The translations under genes and the position numbers were made by a program. A stretch of DNA of 64,000 nucleotides from SAR202 cluster bacterium (GTDB taxonomy: Bacteria > Chloroflexota > Dehalococcoidia > Lucifugimonadales > VGZR01). The stretch covers positions 80,475 to 144,474 of the forward strand of contig VGZR01000001.1 of NCBI GenBank assembly GCA_016872515.1, in the 5' to 3' direction. The notes beneath the pieces are model-generated. The model worked only from the letters and a program-made list of their open reading frames with translations. It did no database searches and had not been told where the DNA came from. Positions 37,260-44,826 of the stretch are shown one piece after another; positions within the stretch are counted from its first letter, which is position 1, and each line of letters opens with the position of its first letter.

Positions 37260-38300
37260 TCAGGGCACCGTGAGCACCAGCTTGCCGAAGAAGTCCAGCT
37301 TCTCCATCTCCTCATGGGCCTTGCGCGTCTCTTCCAGCGGATAAGTTGCATGGACGACGCCCTTGATGACGCCCTTACCTGCTACATCCACGATCTGCCG
37401 CAGGTCTCCATTCCGACCCATAAAAACGCCGAAGACTGTCTGGTGGCGTAAGAACATCAATCCCATCTGCAACTCGACCTTATACCCGCTCGTGACGCCG
37501 CAGATGCCATAGCGCCCGCCGACCGCCAGCGATGCTGTGGCATAGGGCCATGCGTCGGCGCCCACGTGGTCCACCACCACCTCCACCCCCCGCCCGCCCG
37601 TCAGCGACTTCACTCGCTCGGCCACATCCTCCGTCTTGTAGTTCACCACCTCGTCCGCGCCCAGTTCCTTCGCCCGCCTTGCCTTCTCGTCGGAGCTCGT
37701 GGTGGCGATGACCCGGGCGCCGATCACTCTCTTCGCCACCTGGATGGCTGCCGTGCCCACGCCGCTTGAGGCCGACAGGATGAGCGCCGTCTCCCACGGC
37801 TTGAGGGCCGCACGTCGCAGGAGGATGGACCAGCATGGCAGGAACACCGTGGGGAGCGATGCGGCCTGGACATACGACAGCGACGCGGGGAGCGGCATCG
37901 CGTTGACGGCAGGCGCCTTCGCGTACTCGGCGTACCCCCCGCTCTTCGTGGAGCCAATCATCCCCGGCGCCACGCACAATTCCGTCTCGCCGGAAACACA
38001 CGCCCGGCATTGACCGCATGTGATTCGTGGATTCACCACCACCCGGTCGCCAGGCTTCAGCGAGGTGACCGCGCTACCCACTTCGGCCACGTCGCCCGCG
38101 ATGTCGCCGCCCAGGATATGTGGCCCCGCTGTCTTGATGCGCGTCCCGCGGACGCCCGCGCGGGTGAACAGGTCCAGCCGGTTGAGGGCGCAGGCCCGCA
38201 CCCGTATCTTCACATCGTTGGGGCCGATGGCTGGCTCTGGCAGGTCGCCGTAGGTAAGCACCTCCGGCCCACCGTGCTGCGTGAGATAGACTGCCTTCAC
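37260..38300 (-). CDS. Zinc-type medium-chain alcohol dehydrogenase / quinone-oxidoreductase family protein
   Basis: 346 aa. GTG start overlaps the LLM stop (GTGA). GGDIAGDV, structural-Zn loop CGQCRACVSGETELC, and a Rossmann segment SASSGVGTAAIQ. Confidence 0.88.
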   Translation of the reverse strand: MKAVYLTQHGGPEVLTYGDLPEPAIGPNDVKIRVRACALNRLDLFTRAGVRGTRIKTAGPHILGGDIAGDVAEVGSAVTSLKPGDRVVVNPRITCGQCRACVSGETELCVAPGMIGSTKSGGYAEYAKAPAVNAMPLPASLSYVQAASLPTVFLPCWSILLRRAALKPWETALILSASSGVGTAAIQVAKRVIGARVIATTSSDEKARRAKELGADEVVNYKTEDVAERVKSLTGGRGVEVVVDHVGADAWPYATASLAVGGRYGICGVTSGYKVELQMGLMFLRHQTVFGVFMGRNGDLRQIVDVAGKGVIKGVVHATYPLEETRKAHEEMEKLDFFGKLVLTVP

Positions 38301-39271
38301 TTAGCGGCCTCTACCAGCGGTCTGACCTCATTGGCGAACCGCTCCATCCTCGCCAGCGTCTCGTCGAGCTCCTTCGACATCAGGTTGAACAGGAAGTGCT
38401 TCACCCCTTCCTCCGCGAAAGCGTTGAAGTCGCCCGCGATCTGTTTTGCCGAACCGGTGAACATACGCCGCTTCCCCGCTGCGTCCTTCTCCACCTCGAG
38501 CTCGTTGTACCATCCGGTGGCGTATGCGACGCCGACCGCCGACGGGTCGCGGCCAGCCTCCTGGGCGTGTTTGCGTACCTGGGCCAGGGATGTTCGCAGT
38601 TGCTTCGGCGTGGCGACGGGGTACTCTGGATTGCTCCCGATGGGGTACCAGCAGTCGGCGAAGCGGCCAGCCCTTCGCAAAGCTGGAGGGCTTTCCCCCC
38701 CGATCCAGATGGGCGGCGTCGGTTTCTGGACCGGCTTCGGCTCGAAGGCGATGCCAGAGAACTTGCAGAACTCGCCCTCGAACGAAGGCGACTTGGCCGT
38801 CCATAGCTCCTTGAAGGCGCGCAGGTACTCGTCGGTGACGGCGCCCCGCCGCTCGTAAGGCGGCGCCTGCACCGCCTCGAACTCCTCCCGCATCCATCCC
38901 GCGCCGCAGCCGACGACCAGCCGCCCGCGCGACAAGACGTCGAGCGAGGCGAGAATCTTCGCGGTGTGGACCGGGCTCCGGTACGGCACAACCATCACCG
39001 AGGTGAGCAGCTTCACGTGGCTCGTCACGCCCGCCAGGAATGTAAGCGCCGTAAGCTGTTCGAGACACTGGTCCCGCTCGTCCTTGTCGCCCGGGTACGC
39101 TCCCGTTGCGGAGTATGGATACTGGGAAGCGATGCGGCGGGGGATGACGATGTGGTCGGATACCGAGACGAAGTCGAACCCCAGCATTTCCGCCCGTTTG
39201 GCGATGGCCAGTAAGCCATCGCGGGTGGCTAGCGGGCCACGGGTTGGGATGATTGCTCCGAACTTGGGCAC
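38297..39271 (-). CDS. Luciferase-like monooxygenase (LLM) class, probably an F420-dependent oxidoreductase
   Basis: 324 aa. GTG start lies 5 nt after GGAGGT. FDFVSVSDH, the PYRSP region and GGESPPALRRAGR resemble the Rv2161c-like F420-dependent LLM subgroup as I remember it. Confidence 0.72.
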   Translation of the reverse strand: MPKFGAIIPTRGPLATRDGLLAIAKRAEMLGFDFVSVSDHIVIPRRIASQYPYSATGAYPGDKDERDQCLEQLTALTFLAGVTSHVKLLTSVMVVPYRSPVHTAKILASLDVLSRGRLVVGCGAGWMREEFEAVQAPPYERRGAVTDEYLRAFKELWTAKSPSFEGEFCKFSGIAFEPKPVQKPTPPIWIGGESPPALRRAGRFADCWYPIGSNPEYPVATPKQLRTSLAQVRKHAQEAGRDPSAVGVAYATGWYNELEVEKDAAGKRRMFTGSAKQIAGDFNAFAEEGVKHFLFNLMSKELDETLARMERFANEVRPLVEAAK

Positions 39272-39306
39272 CAGGCACCTCCGTAAGCTAGACCCTGCCG
39301 CGCTTC

Positions 39307-39335
39307 ACACTACTGGCGGGCAGGGGCCTTGTCAA
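39307..39335 (-). promoter_or_regulatory. Candidate promoter of the LLM-MDR-SDRx4 operon
   Basis: On the minus strand: TTGACA (39335-39330), 17 nt, TAGTGT (39312-39307), about 35 nt upstream of the LLM start codon. Confidence 0.35.
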
Positions 39336-39367
39336 CGGCACCCGGCTTTGAGGAATCAGAAAACCAC

Positions 39368-39414
39368 TTGACACACCCGAACGTCAGTGCTAGATTATGC
39401 CAGAACATTCGTGC
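39368..39414 (+). promoter_or_regulatory. lexA promoter with two Cheo-type LexA boxes (autoregulation)
   Basis: TTGACA (39368-73), 17 nt, TAGATT (39391-96). Box 1 GAAC-GTCA-GTGC (39379-39390) sits in the spacer. Box 2 GAAC-ATTC-GTGC (39403-39414) sits just downstream of the -10. Both are one mismatch from GAAC-N4-GTTC. Confidence 0.65.
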
Positions 39415-39441
39415 GCTGGAGATGACACAAAGGAGAGGGAT

Positions 39442-40080
39442 ATGAAAACGAAGCTGTCGCCCAAACAGGACAAGATGCTCTCCTTCATCAAAGGTTTCTT
39501 GGAGGAGCATCAGTATCCGCCTACCGTGCGGGACATCCAGGCGGGCTGCGACATCAGCTCTACCTCGGTGGTGGACTACAACTTGCGCATCCTCCAGCGC
39601 GAAGGTTATCTGCGCCGCTTCGCTGAGGTGTCACGCGGCATCGAGCTACTAGGCTCCTACCGCCCCAAGCGCGACCTCGTCCTCGTCCCCATCGTGGGCA
39701 ACATCGCCGCGGGCGAGCCGCTGCCCATCCCGGACTCCGATTCCCTCCATACCGACGAGCACGACACGATTGACCTGCCTCCGTTCCTCACCAAGGGCAA
39801 GCCCAATGTCTTCGCTCTCAGAGTGAAGGGCACCTCCATGATTGACGCCCTGGTCGCGGACGGCGACCTCGTCCTGTTGGAGCCGGCCCAGAAGGCCGAG
39901 AACGGCGAGATGGTGGCGGCCCGGCTCCACGACAACAATGAAGTCACCCTCAAACACTTCTTCGTCGAGAACGGCATGGTCAGGCTTCAGCCAGCCAACC
40001 CCCTCATGGGCCCCATCTTTGTTGCTGCCAACAAAGTCTCCGTGCAGGGCAGGGTCGTCGGCGTCGTCCGCACGGTTTGA
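39442..40080 (+). CDS. lexA: LexA repressor (S24 self-cleaving)
   Basis: ATG 39442 follows AGGAGAGGG. Winged HTH (PPTVRDIQAGCDISSTSVVDYNLRILQREGYL), Ala-Gly cleavage site (NIAAGEP), catalytic Ser (VKGTSM) and Lys (VTLKHF). Confidence 0.93.
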   Translation: MKTKLSPKQDKMLSFIKGFLEEHQYPPTVRDIQAGCDISSTSVVDYNLRILQREGYLRRFAEVSRGIELLGSYRPKRDLVLVPIVGNIAAGEPLPIPDSDSLHTDEHDTIDLPPFLTKGKPNVFALRVKGTSMIDALVADGDLVLLEPAQKAENGEMVAARLHDNNEVTLKHFFVENGMVRLQPANPLMGPIFVAANKVSVQGRVVGVVRTV

Positions 40081-40190
40081 CTCAAGGCCCGTTGACCAGA
40101 CCTCTGTGTGGCAGTAACATACGCCCGTAAGCTACCGCCGAGCGTCCCGGCAGCGCTGGGACAATCTAGTCGGGGTGGGGGTAGGCGAAT

Positions 40191-40364
40191 ATGCCACGTA
40201 TCGGGGCGATTGAGCTAGTCATCATCCTTGTCATCGTCCTCATGGTTTTCGGCGCTGGAAAGTTGCCGGAGATAGGGAGTGCCCTGGGTAAGTCCATTGG
40301 TAACTTCCGCAAGGGTGCGGCAGGCAAGCTCGAAGAGCAGGAAAAGACCCACAAGGTAAAGTAG
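40191..40364 (+). CDS. tatA: Twin-arginine translocase TatA/E-family protein (57 aa, below the ORF-track cut-off)
   Basis: My translation is [57 protein letters not shown]. It shows the canonical TM helix, FG hinge and amphipathic helix. Confidence 0.85.
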   Translation: MPRIGAIELVIILVIVLMVFGAGKLPEIGSALGKSIGNFRKGAAGKLEEQEKTHKVK

Positions 40365-40405
40365 ACGTAAACGGCTTAGTCAGGGTCTGACACTAGGAAA
40401 CGAGA

Positions 40406-40434
40406 AGGGGCCCCTGGTCAACCCAGGGGCCCCT
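40406..40434. terminator. Bidirectional hairpin between convergent tatA and tatC
   Basis: 12-bp perfect stem AGGGGCCCCTGG / CCAGGGGCCCCT with loop TCAAC, followed on the plus strand by CGATTTCTGTG. Confidence 0.65.
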
Positions 40435-40460
40435 CGATTTCTGTGCGAGTTCCTCCAGCC

Positions 40461-41222
40461 CTACGCATCACCCTCCAACTGTGTCCTGAGCGCACGCCGC
40501 TTCTTCCGGGTGCCTAGCCAGACCAGCCAGATACTCACCTCGTACAACACGATGATGGGTACGGCTACGAGGGTCTGGTTGATGGGGTCGAAGGTCGGTG
40601 TGATGATTGCGCCCACAACGAAAGCCAGAAGAAATGCCCATCGCCGCTGCCTCGCGAGGAATTTGTAGCTCACGATGCCGATCTTCGAAAGGAAGAACAA
40701 CACCAGCGGCATCTCGAAGATGATTCCCATCCATAGCAGCAGTGTAATCATCAGATTGATATAGCTGCCGATGCGGATGAGTGGCACCGCCACATCGCTC
40801 CCGTAATGGAGCAAGAAGTTGATGGCGGGCGGGAAGAGGACCTTGTAACCGAACGCCGCGCCGGCCAAGAACGAAAGAATACTGGCCGGAATCAACGTGA
40901 ACAGATACCGCCGCTCGGTGCGCGTCAGCCCCGGCGCGACGAACATAACGAACTGGTACAGGATGAACGGAATCGAGGCCGCCAGGCCGGTGTAGAGCGA
41001 CACCTTCATCGCCACGCCGATGTACTCCGTCAGCTCGGTGAACACCGGTTTGCCGTTGGGGAGGTCCGCGAAGCCCTTGGCAGGCCCCAGCAGCAGACGG
41101 ATGATTTGCTCGTTGAAAACGAATGCAGCGACGGTGAAGACGAAGAGCACGGCGATGCTCCAGAAGAGCCGCCGCCGTAGCTCCAGGATATGCTGCCTGA
41201 GGGAGAGTGGTCTGTTCTTCAC
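40461..41222 (-). CDS. tatC: Twin-arginine translocase subunit TatC
   Basis: 253 aa with six hydrophobic helices. N-terminus HILELRRRLFWSIAVLFVF is typical of TatC. Confidence 0.92.
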   Translation of the reverse strand: MKNRPLSLRQHILELRRRLFWSIAVLFVFTVAAFVFNEQIIRLLLGPAKGFADLPNGKPVFTELTEYIGVAMKVSLYTGLAASIPFILYQFVMFVAPGLTRTERRYLFTLIPASILSFLAGAAFGYKVLFPPAINFLLHYGSDVAVPLIRIGSYINLMITLLLWMGIIFEMPLVLFFLSKIGIVSYKFLARQRRWAFLLAFVVGAIITPTFDPINQTLVAVPIIVLYEVSIWLVWLGTRKKRRALRTQLEGDA

Positions 41223-41563
41223 GCCTGGCCGGAGGGGGGCGTCTCGCCTTCAGGCGCTCGGGGTTGGCCTCCGTGCTGAAAGGGCACAGGGCCGCCTCCG
41301 TTAACGCTGGTCGCGGGTGAGCTGCCGTTGGCGTTCGCGGCGGCTGGGTCGCGTTTCTCGGGCGCACGGTCCTCCAAGCCTTTGGTGACTTCCTCCTCTG
41401 CCTCGACGACCATGTCGGACAGGTTGGAGGTGGAGCGGCGGATGTCGCTGAAGGTCTTGCCCATCTTGCGGCTCATGCCGATCATCCGCGACGGCCCAAC
41501 CACGAGAAAGCCGATGAGAAGGATAACCAGGATTTCCATGCCGCCCATGCCGAAGATATTCAT
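41219..41563 (-). CDS. TatA/TatB-family protein (TatB-like, 114 aa)
   Basis: Start at ATG 41563 (MNIFGMGGMEILVILLIGFLVVGPSRM...). The stop overlaps the tatC start by 4 nt. Long acidic/Pro-rich tail. The ORF-track extension to 41683 lies inside maf. Confidence 0.8.
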   Translation of the reverse strand: MNIFGMGGMEILVILLIGFLVVGPSRMIGMSRKMGKTFSDIRRSTSNLSDMVVEAEEEVTKGLEDRAPEKRDPAAANANGSSPATSVNGGGPVPFQHGGQPRAPEGETPPSGQA

Positions 41564-42285
41564 GGTTTCGCAGCGTCCAGTCTGCCGGCGAGAGCGCACC
41601 CGCCACACTCCGCTGGCACCGCCCAGCCCGGCCGCATCGGCTCGGCGATACCGATCTGCTCCAGCAGGTCCGCCAGTCTGCAAACCGGCAAGCCGACGAC
41701 GTTGAGATAGCAGCCCGCGACCTCCTGTGCAGGGTGGAACCCGGCGTGTTGGATGGCGTAGGCTCCAGCCTTGTCCAGCGGGTCTCCTGAGGCGACATAG
41801 GCCGCCAACTCGGCGTCGCTGTACCGCCGCATGGCGACCTCAGTAGCCGTCGTGGACGAGCGTTCGGCCTTCGAGGCCGAGTCCAACACTATCAAGCCCG
41901 TGATGACCCGGTGCGTGCGTCCACGCAGCCGGATGAGCATATCCGTGGCCTCCGCAGCGTCCGCGGGCTTGCCCAGGACCTGCCCGTCCAACACCACAAC
42001 CGTGTCTGCCCCAACGACCAACGCGTCCTGCCAGGCGGACCCCGTCTGCGTGGCCTTCGCCCGCGACACACGCAAGGCGTACTCCTCAGCGGCCTCGCCC
42101 GTTTCAGGACGCCCCTCGGCCACCATCGGGCGTTCCCAGACCATCGGCACGAAATAGGCCGCCGTCAACTCGCGCCGCCTGGGTGAACTGGAGGCCAACA
42201 CCAGCGTCCGCTTGTCCACCGCGGTCTTGGCGGTCGTAGGCGTTCTGCCATTCGTGCGCTTCAACATGACCGTATTGTAGCCCAT
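41560..42285 (-). CDS. maf: Maf-like nucleoside-triphosphate pyrophosphatase
   Basis: LVLASSSPRRREL, VVGADTVVVLDG, DKAGAYAIQ. Start is ambiguous (ATG 42285 or 42267). The stop overlaps the tatB-like start by 4 nt. Confidence 0.85.
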   Translation of the reverse strand: MGYNTVMLKRTNGRTPTTAKTAVDKRTLVLASSSPRRRELTAAYFVPMVWERPMVAEGRPETGEAAEEYALRVSRAKATQTGSAWQDALVVGADTVVVLDGQVLGKPADAAEATDMLIRLRGRTHRVITGLIVLDSASKAERSSTTATEVAMRRYSDAELAAYVASGDPLDKAGAYAIQHAGFHPAQEVAGCYLNVVGLPVCRLADLLEQIGIAEPMRPGWAVPAECGGCALAGRLDAAKP

Positions 42286-42289
42286 CGTG

Positions 42290-43516
42290 CTAGCCACCCA
42301 CCGCGCGGACAAGCCGCAGCGTGGACAGGCACTCCACATGGTGCGTCTGCGGGAACATGTCCACCGGCTCGACCCACTCGACGTTGTAGCCGCCGCGCAC
42401 GAGCAGCGTCAGGTCCCTGGCCGCCGTCTCCGGGTCGCAGGACACATAGACCACCCTAGCAGGGGCCAGACGCACGGCAGCCTCGATGGCTGCGGGATGG
42501 CACCCTGTGCGCGGCGGGTCGAGGATGACCGCGTCGGGCGCCTTTGCAAAGGTGCCAAGCACGTCCTCGGTCTTGCCAAGCAGGAACTCCACATTCTCGA
42601 TCCCCAGGGTGTTGACCGCGGCATCCTTGACCGCCGCCGTCGACTCCTCGATGGCGATGACCCGCCCCACATGCGGGGCTACCAGGGCCGAGAACGTGCC
42701 TACTCCTGCATAGGCGTCCACGACCGTCTGGGATCCGTCAGCGGCAATGCGCTCGAGTACAAGGCTGGCCAGCTGCTCCGCCTGGGCCGTGTTGACCTGG
42801 AAGAACGACGGCGAAGCGATGCGGAACAACTTGTCCAGCAACTGTTCCCGGTAGTGCGTCTGGCCGGTCAGCAGCGGGATGTCTTTGTTGGCCAGTCTGG
42901 GCTGCACCAGCCACTCGCCGGTATTGATGCCGTAGCGGATGGAGAGTTGTGTTGTCTCGCTGCAGCAGCCCTGGAGCTTGGTCAGGGCCTCGTTGATCCA
43001 AGGGTGCATGAGCATGCACTCGTCAACGCGCACCCACCGACGCGTGACGCGGTTCACATAGCCCAGTTGCCCGCTCTGCTTGACAGTGAAGCGGCCATGA
43101 TTGCGGTAGCCGAACTCCTGCGGGCTGGGCAGCGTCTCCGCCACTGCGACACCCGCCAACTCAGGCCGGGCCGCCAGCGCCTGGGCAACCTGTTCCCGTT
43201 TGAGTAGAAGCTGGTGGGAGTAGGCGATGTGCTGCCAGTCGCAGCCGCTGCACGGCCCATAGTAGGGGCACGGCGTCGGCACCCGGTGCGGCGACGGCTC
43301 GATGACCTCCACCACGCTCACTGCGGCCTGCCACCGCTTGCGGTGTTTGAACCGGTGCACCGCTGCCACCACCACCTCGCCTGGGATGCCGCCGAACACA
43401 CTGACCCGCTCGCCCTCCAGCGTGGCATAGGTCGAGCCGTCCGGTCCCATCCCTTCCAAGGTGAGGCGGACCCGCTCATCCGTCGTTACCGTCTTCTGTT
43501 CTGTCTCAGGCAACAT
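42290..43516 (-). CDS. rlmD: 23S rRNA (uracil-5-)-methyltransferase RlmD/RumA family
   Basis: TRAM-like N-terminus, Fe-S Cys cluster CPYYGPCSGCDWQH, SAM motifs VVDAYAGVGTF and ILDPPRTG. Start taken at ATG 43516; the ORF track extends to 43585. Confidence 0.85.
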   Translation of the reverse strand: MLPETEQKTVTTDERVRLTLEGMGPDGSTYATLEGERVSVFGGIPGEVVVAAVHRFKHRKRWQAAVSVVEVIEPSPHRVPTPCPYYGPCSGCDWQHIAYSHQLLLKREQVAQALAARPELAGVAVAETLPSPQEFGYRNHGRFTVKQSGQLGYVNRVTRRWVRVDECMLMHPWINEALTKLQGCCSETTQLSIRYGINTGEWLVQPRLANKDIPLLTGQTHYREQLLDKLFRIASPSFFQVNTAQAEQLASLVLERIAADGSQTVVDAYAGVGTFSALVAPHVGRVIAIEESTAAVKDAAVNTLGIENVEFLLGKTEDVLGTFAKAPDAVILDPPRTGCHPAAIEAAVRLAPARVVYVSCDPETAARDLTLLVRGGYNVEWVEPVDMFPQTHHVECLSTLRLVRAVGG

Positions 43517-43624
43517 CTGGTGGAATAGGCTCCTTGGGTAAAGGGTACTCGCTGATGGAAGGCCTGTCGAACCGGCGGCACTCATCTGGTATCATCGTCC
43601 CAAGCTACCCTTGTTGGAGGGGAC

Positions 43625-44506
43625 GTGGTCGTTCAGCGAAGGTTGCCAGAATGGCTAAAGGTCCGGGCGCCTGGCGGGCCAAACTACATCGAGCTTCAAG
43701 GCCTCCTGCGCGGCGCCAGCCTCCACACCGTCTGCGAGGAGGCCCGCTGCCCCAACATCGGTACCTGTTGGGAGCGCCGCACCGCCACTTTCATGATCCT
43801 GGGCGACATCTGCACCCGCGCCTGTGCCTACTGCGCTGTCACCAGCGGCAGGCCCACTGGCCTCGACCTCAATGAGCCTGTCCGCCTCGCCGAGACCGTC
43901 GAACGGATGGGGCTGCGCTACGCCGTAATCACCTCCGTCAACCGCGACGACCTTCCCGACGGCGGCGCCTTCATCTTCGCCCAGTGCATCCACCAGGTCA
44001 GGAAGCGCCTGCCGGACTGCAAGGTCGAGGTGCTTATACCCGACTTCTGCGGCAACTGGGATGCTCTTACGCGGTTGATGGACGCCAAACCCGACACGCT
44101 GAACCACAACATCGAGACGGTGCGCCGCGTCTTCCACCGCGTGCGGCGCAAGGGCGACTACGACCGTTCCCTCGAACTCCTCGCCCGCGCCAAGGCGATG
44201 GCCCCCGGCGGCGTCACCAAGTCCGGCATGATGGTGGGGCTGGGAGAGACATGGGACGAGATTCTTCAGACCATGCGCGACCTGCGGTCGGTGGACTGCG
44301 ACCTGCTCACCATCGGCCAGTACCTGCGGCCGTCCGAGCGCCACATCGCCCTGGCCCGCTGGTACACGCCCCAGGAGTTCGACGAATTGCGCCGCGAGGG
44401 CGACGCCCTGGGCTTCCGCCACGTCGCCTCCGGCCCACTCGTCCGAAGCTCCTACCACGCCGACGAACAGCACGCCGCCGCGATGGCCGTCACTGTGGGG
44501 GCGTAG
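43625..44506 (+). CDS. lipA: Lipoyl synthase
   Basis: 293 aa, GTG start. CEEARCPNIGTCW (auxiliary cluster) and radical-SAM CTRACAYC. Confidence 0.95.
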   Translation: MVVQRRLPEWLKVRAPGGPNYIELQGLLRGASLHTVCEEARCPNIGTCWERRTATFMILGDICTRACAYCAVTSGRPTGLDLNEPVRLAETVERMGLRYAVITSVNRDDLPDGGAFIFAQCIHQVRKRLPDCKVEVLIPDFCGNWDALTRLMDAKPDTLNHNIETVRRVFHRVRRKGDYDRSLELLARAKAMAPGGVTKSGMMVGLGETWDEILQTMRDLRSVDCDLLTIGQYLRPSERHIALARWYTPQEFDELRREGDALGFRHVASGPLVRSSYHADEQHAAAMAVTVGA

Positions 44507-44522
44507 CTCGTCTCGTTACCGA

Positions 44523-44531
44523 TGCTATAAT
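44523..44531 (+). promoter_or_regulatory. Extended -10 promoter (TGCTATAAT) 9 nt upstream of the first mini-ORF
   Basis: TGnTATAAT at 44523-44531 and ATG at 44541. No Shine-Dalgarno lies in between, which suggests a leaderless or near-leaderless transcript. Confidence 0.45.
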
Positions 44532-44540
44532 CACGCCAGT

Positions 44541-44660
44541 ATGCCTAGCGAGACCGGCAAGCGTTATGTGTGTACCAAGTGCGGCTCCGAGTTCGTGGCG
44601 ACGCGAGGCGGCGACGGCACTCTGACCTGCTGCGACCAGCCCGTCCAGCCTAAGCCCTAG
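44541..44660 (+). CDS. Desulforedoxin-like mini-protein (39 aa, not in ORF track)
   Basis: My translation is MPSETGKRYVCTKCGSEFVATRGGDGTLTCCDQPVQPKP. It fits the desulforedoxin / desulfoferrodoxin-N pattern Y-x-C-x-x-C-G ... G-x-G-x-L-x-C-C. Confidence 0.7.
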   Translation: MPSETGKRYVCTKCGSEFVATRGGDGTLTCCDQPVQPKP

Positions 44661-44682
44661 CCCCACCTTCACGCTGCATCGC

Positions 44683-44826
44683 ATGGCCAACCAACTCGGA
44701 CGACGCTACCGCTGCGAGACCTGTGGCGCCACCGTCTTGTGCACCAAGGCCGGCACCGGCACCGTTAAGTGCCACGGCGCCGACATGGTCGTCCAGCAGC
44801 CCCGCCGCCTCCCTTCCTCCGACTAG
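44683..44826 (+). CDS. Desulforedoxin-like mini-protein paralogue with C-C changed to C-H (47 aa, not in ORF track)
   Basis: My translation is MANQLGRRYRCETCGATVLCTKAGTGTVKCHGADMVVQQPRRLPSSD. Same scaffold as the upstream mini-ORF. The fourth ligand position reads His. Confidence 0.6.
   Translation: MANQLGRRYRCETCGATVLCTKAGTGTVKCHGADMVVQQPRRLPSSD

Noticed and set aside
39272-39441. Possibility that the six-gene oxidoreductase operon is SOS-regulated, because it diverges from lexA.
   Set aside because: The best minus-strand promoter (TTGACA 39335-30, TAGTGT 39312-07) lies 45-70 nt away from the two LexA boxes (39379-39414), which overlap only the lexA promoter. There is no box between that promoter and the LLM start.
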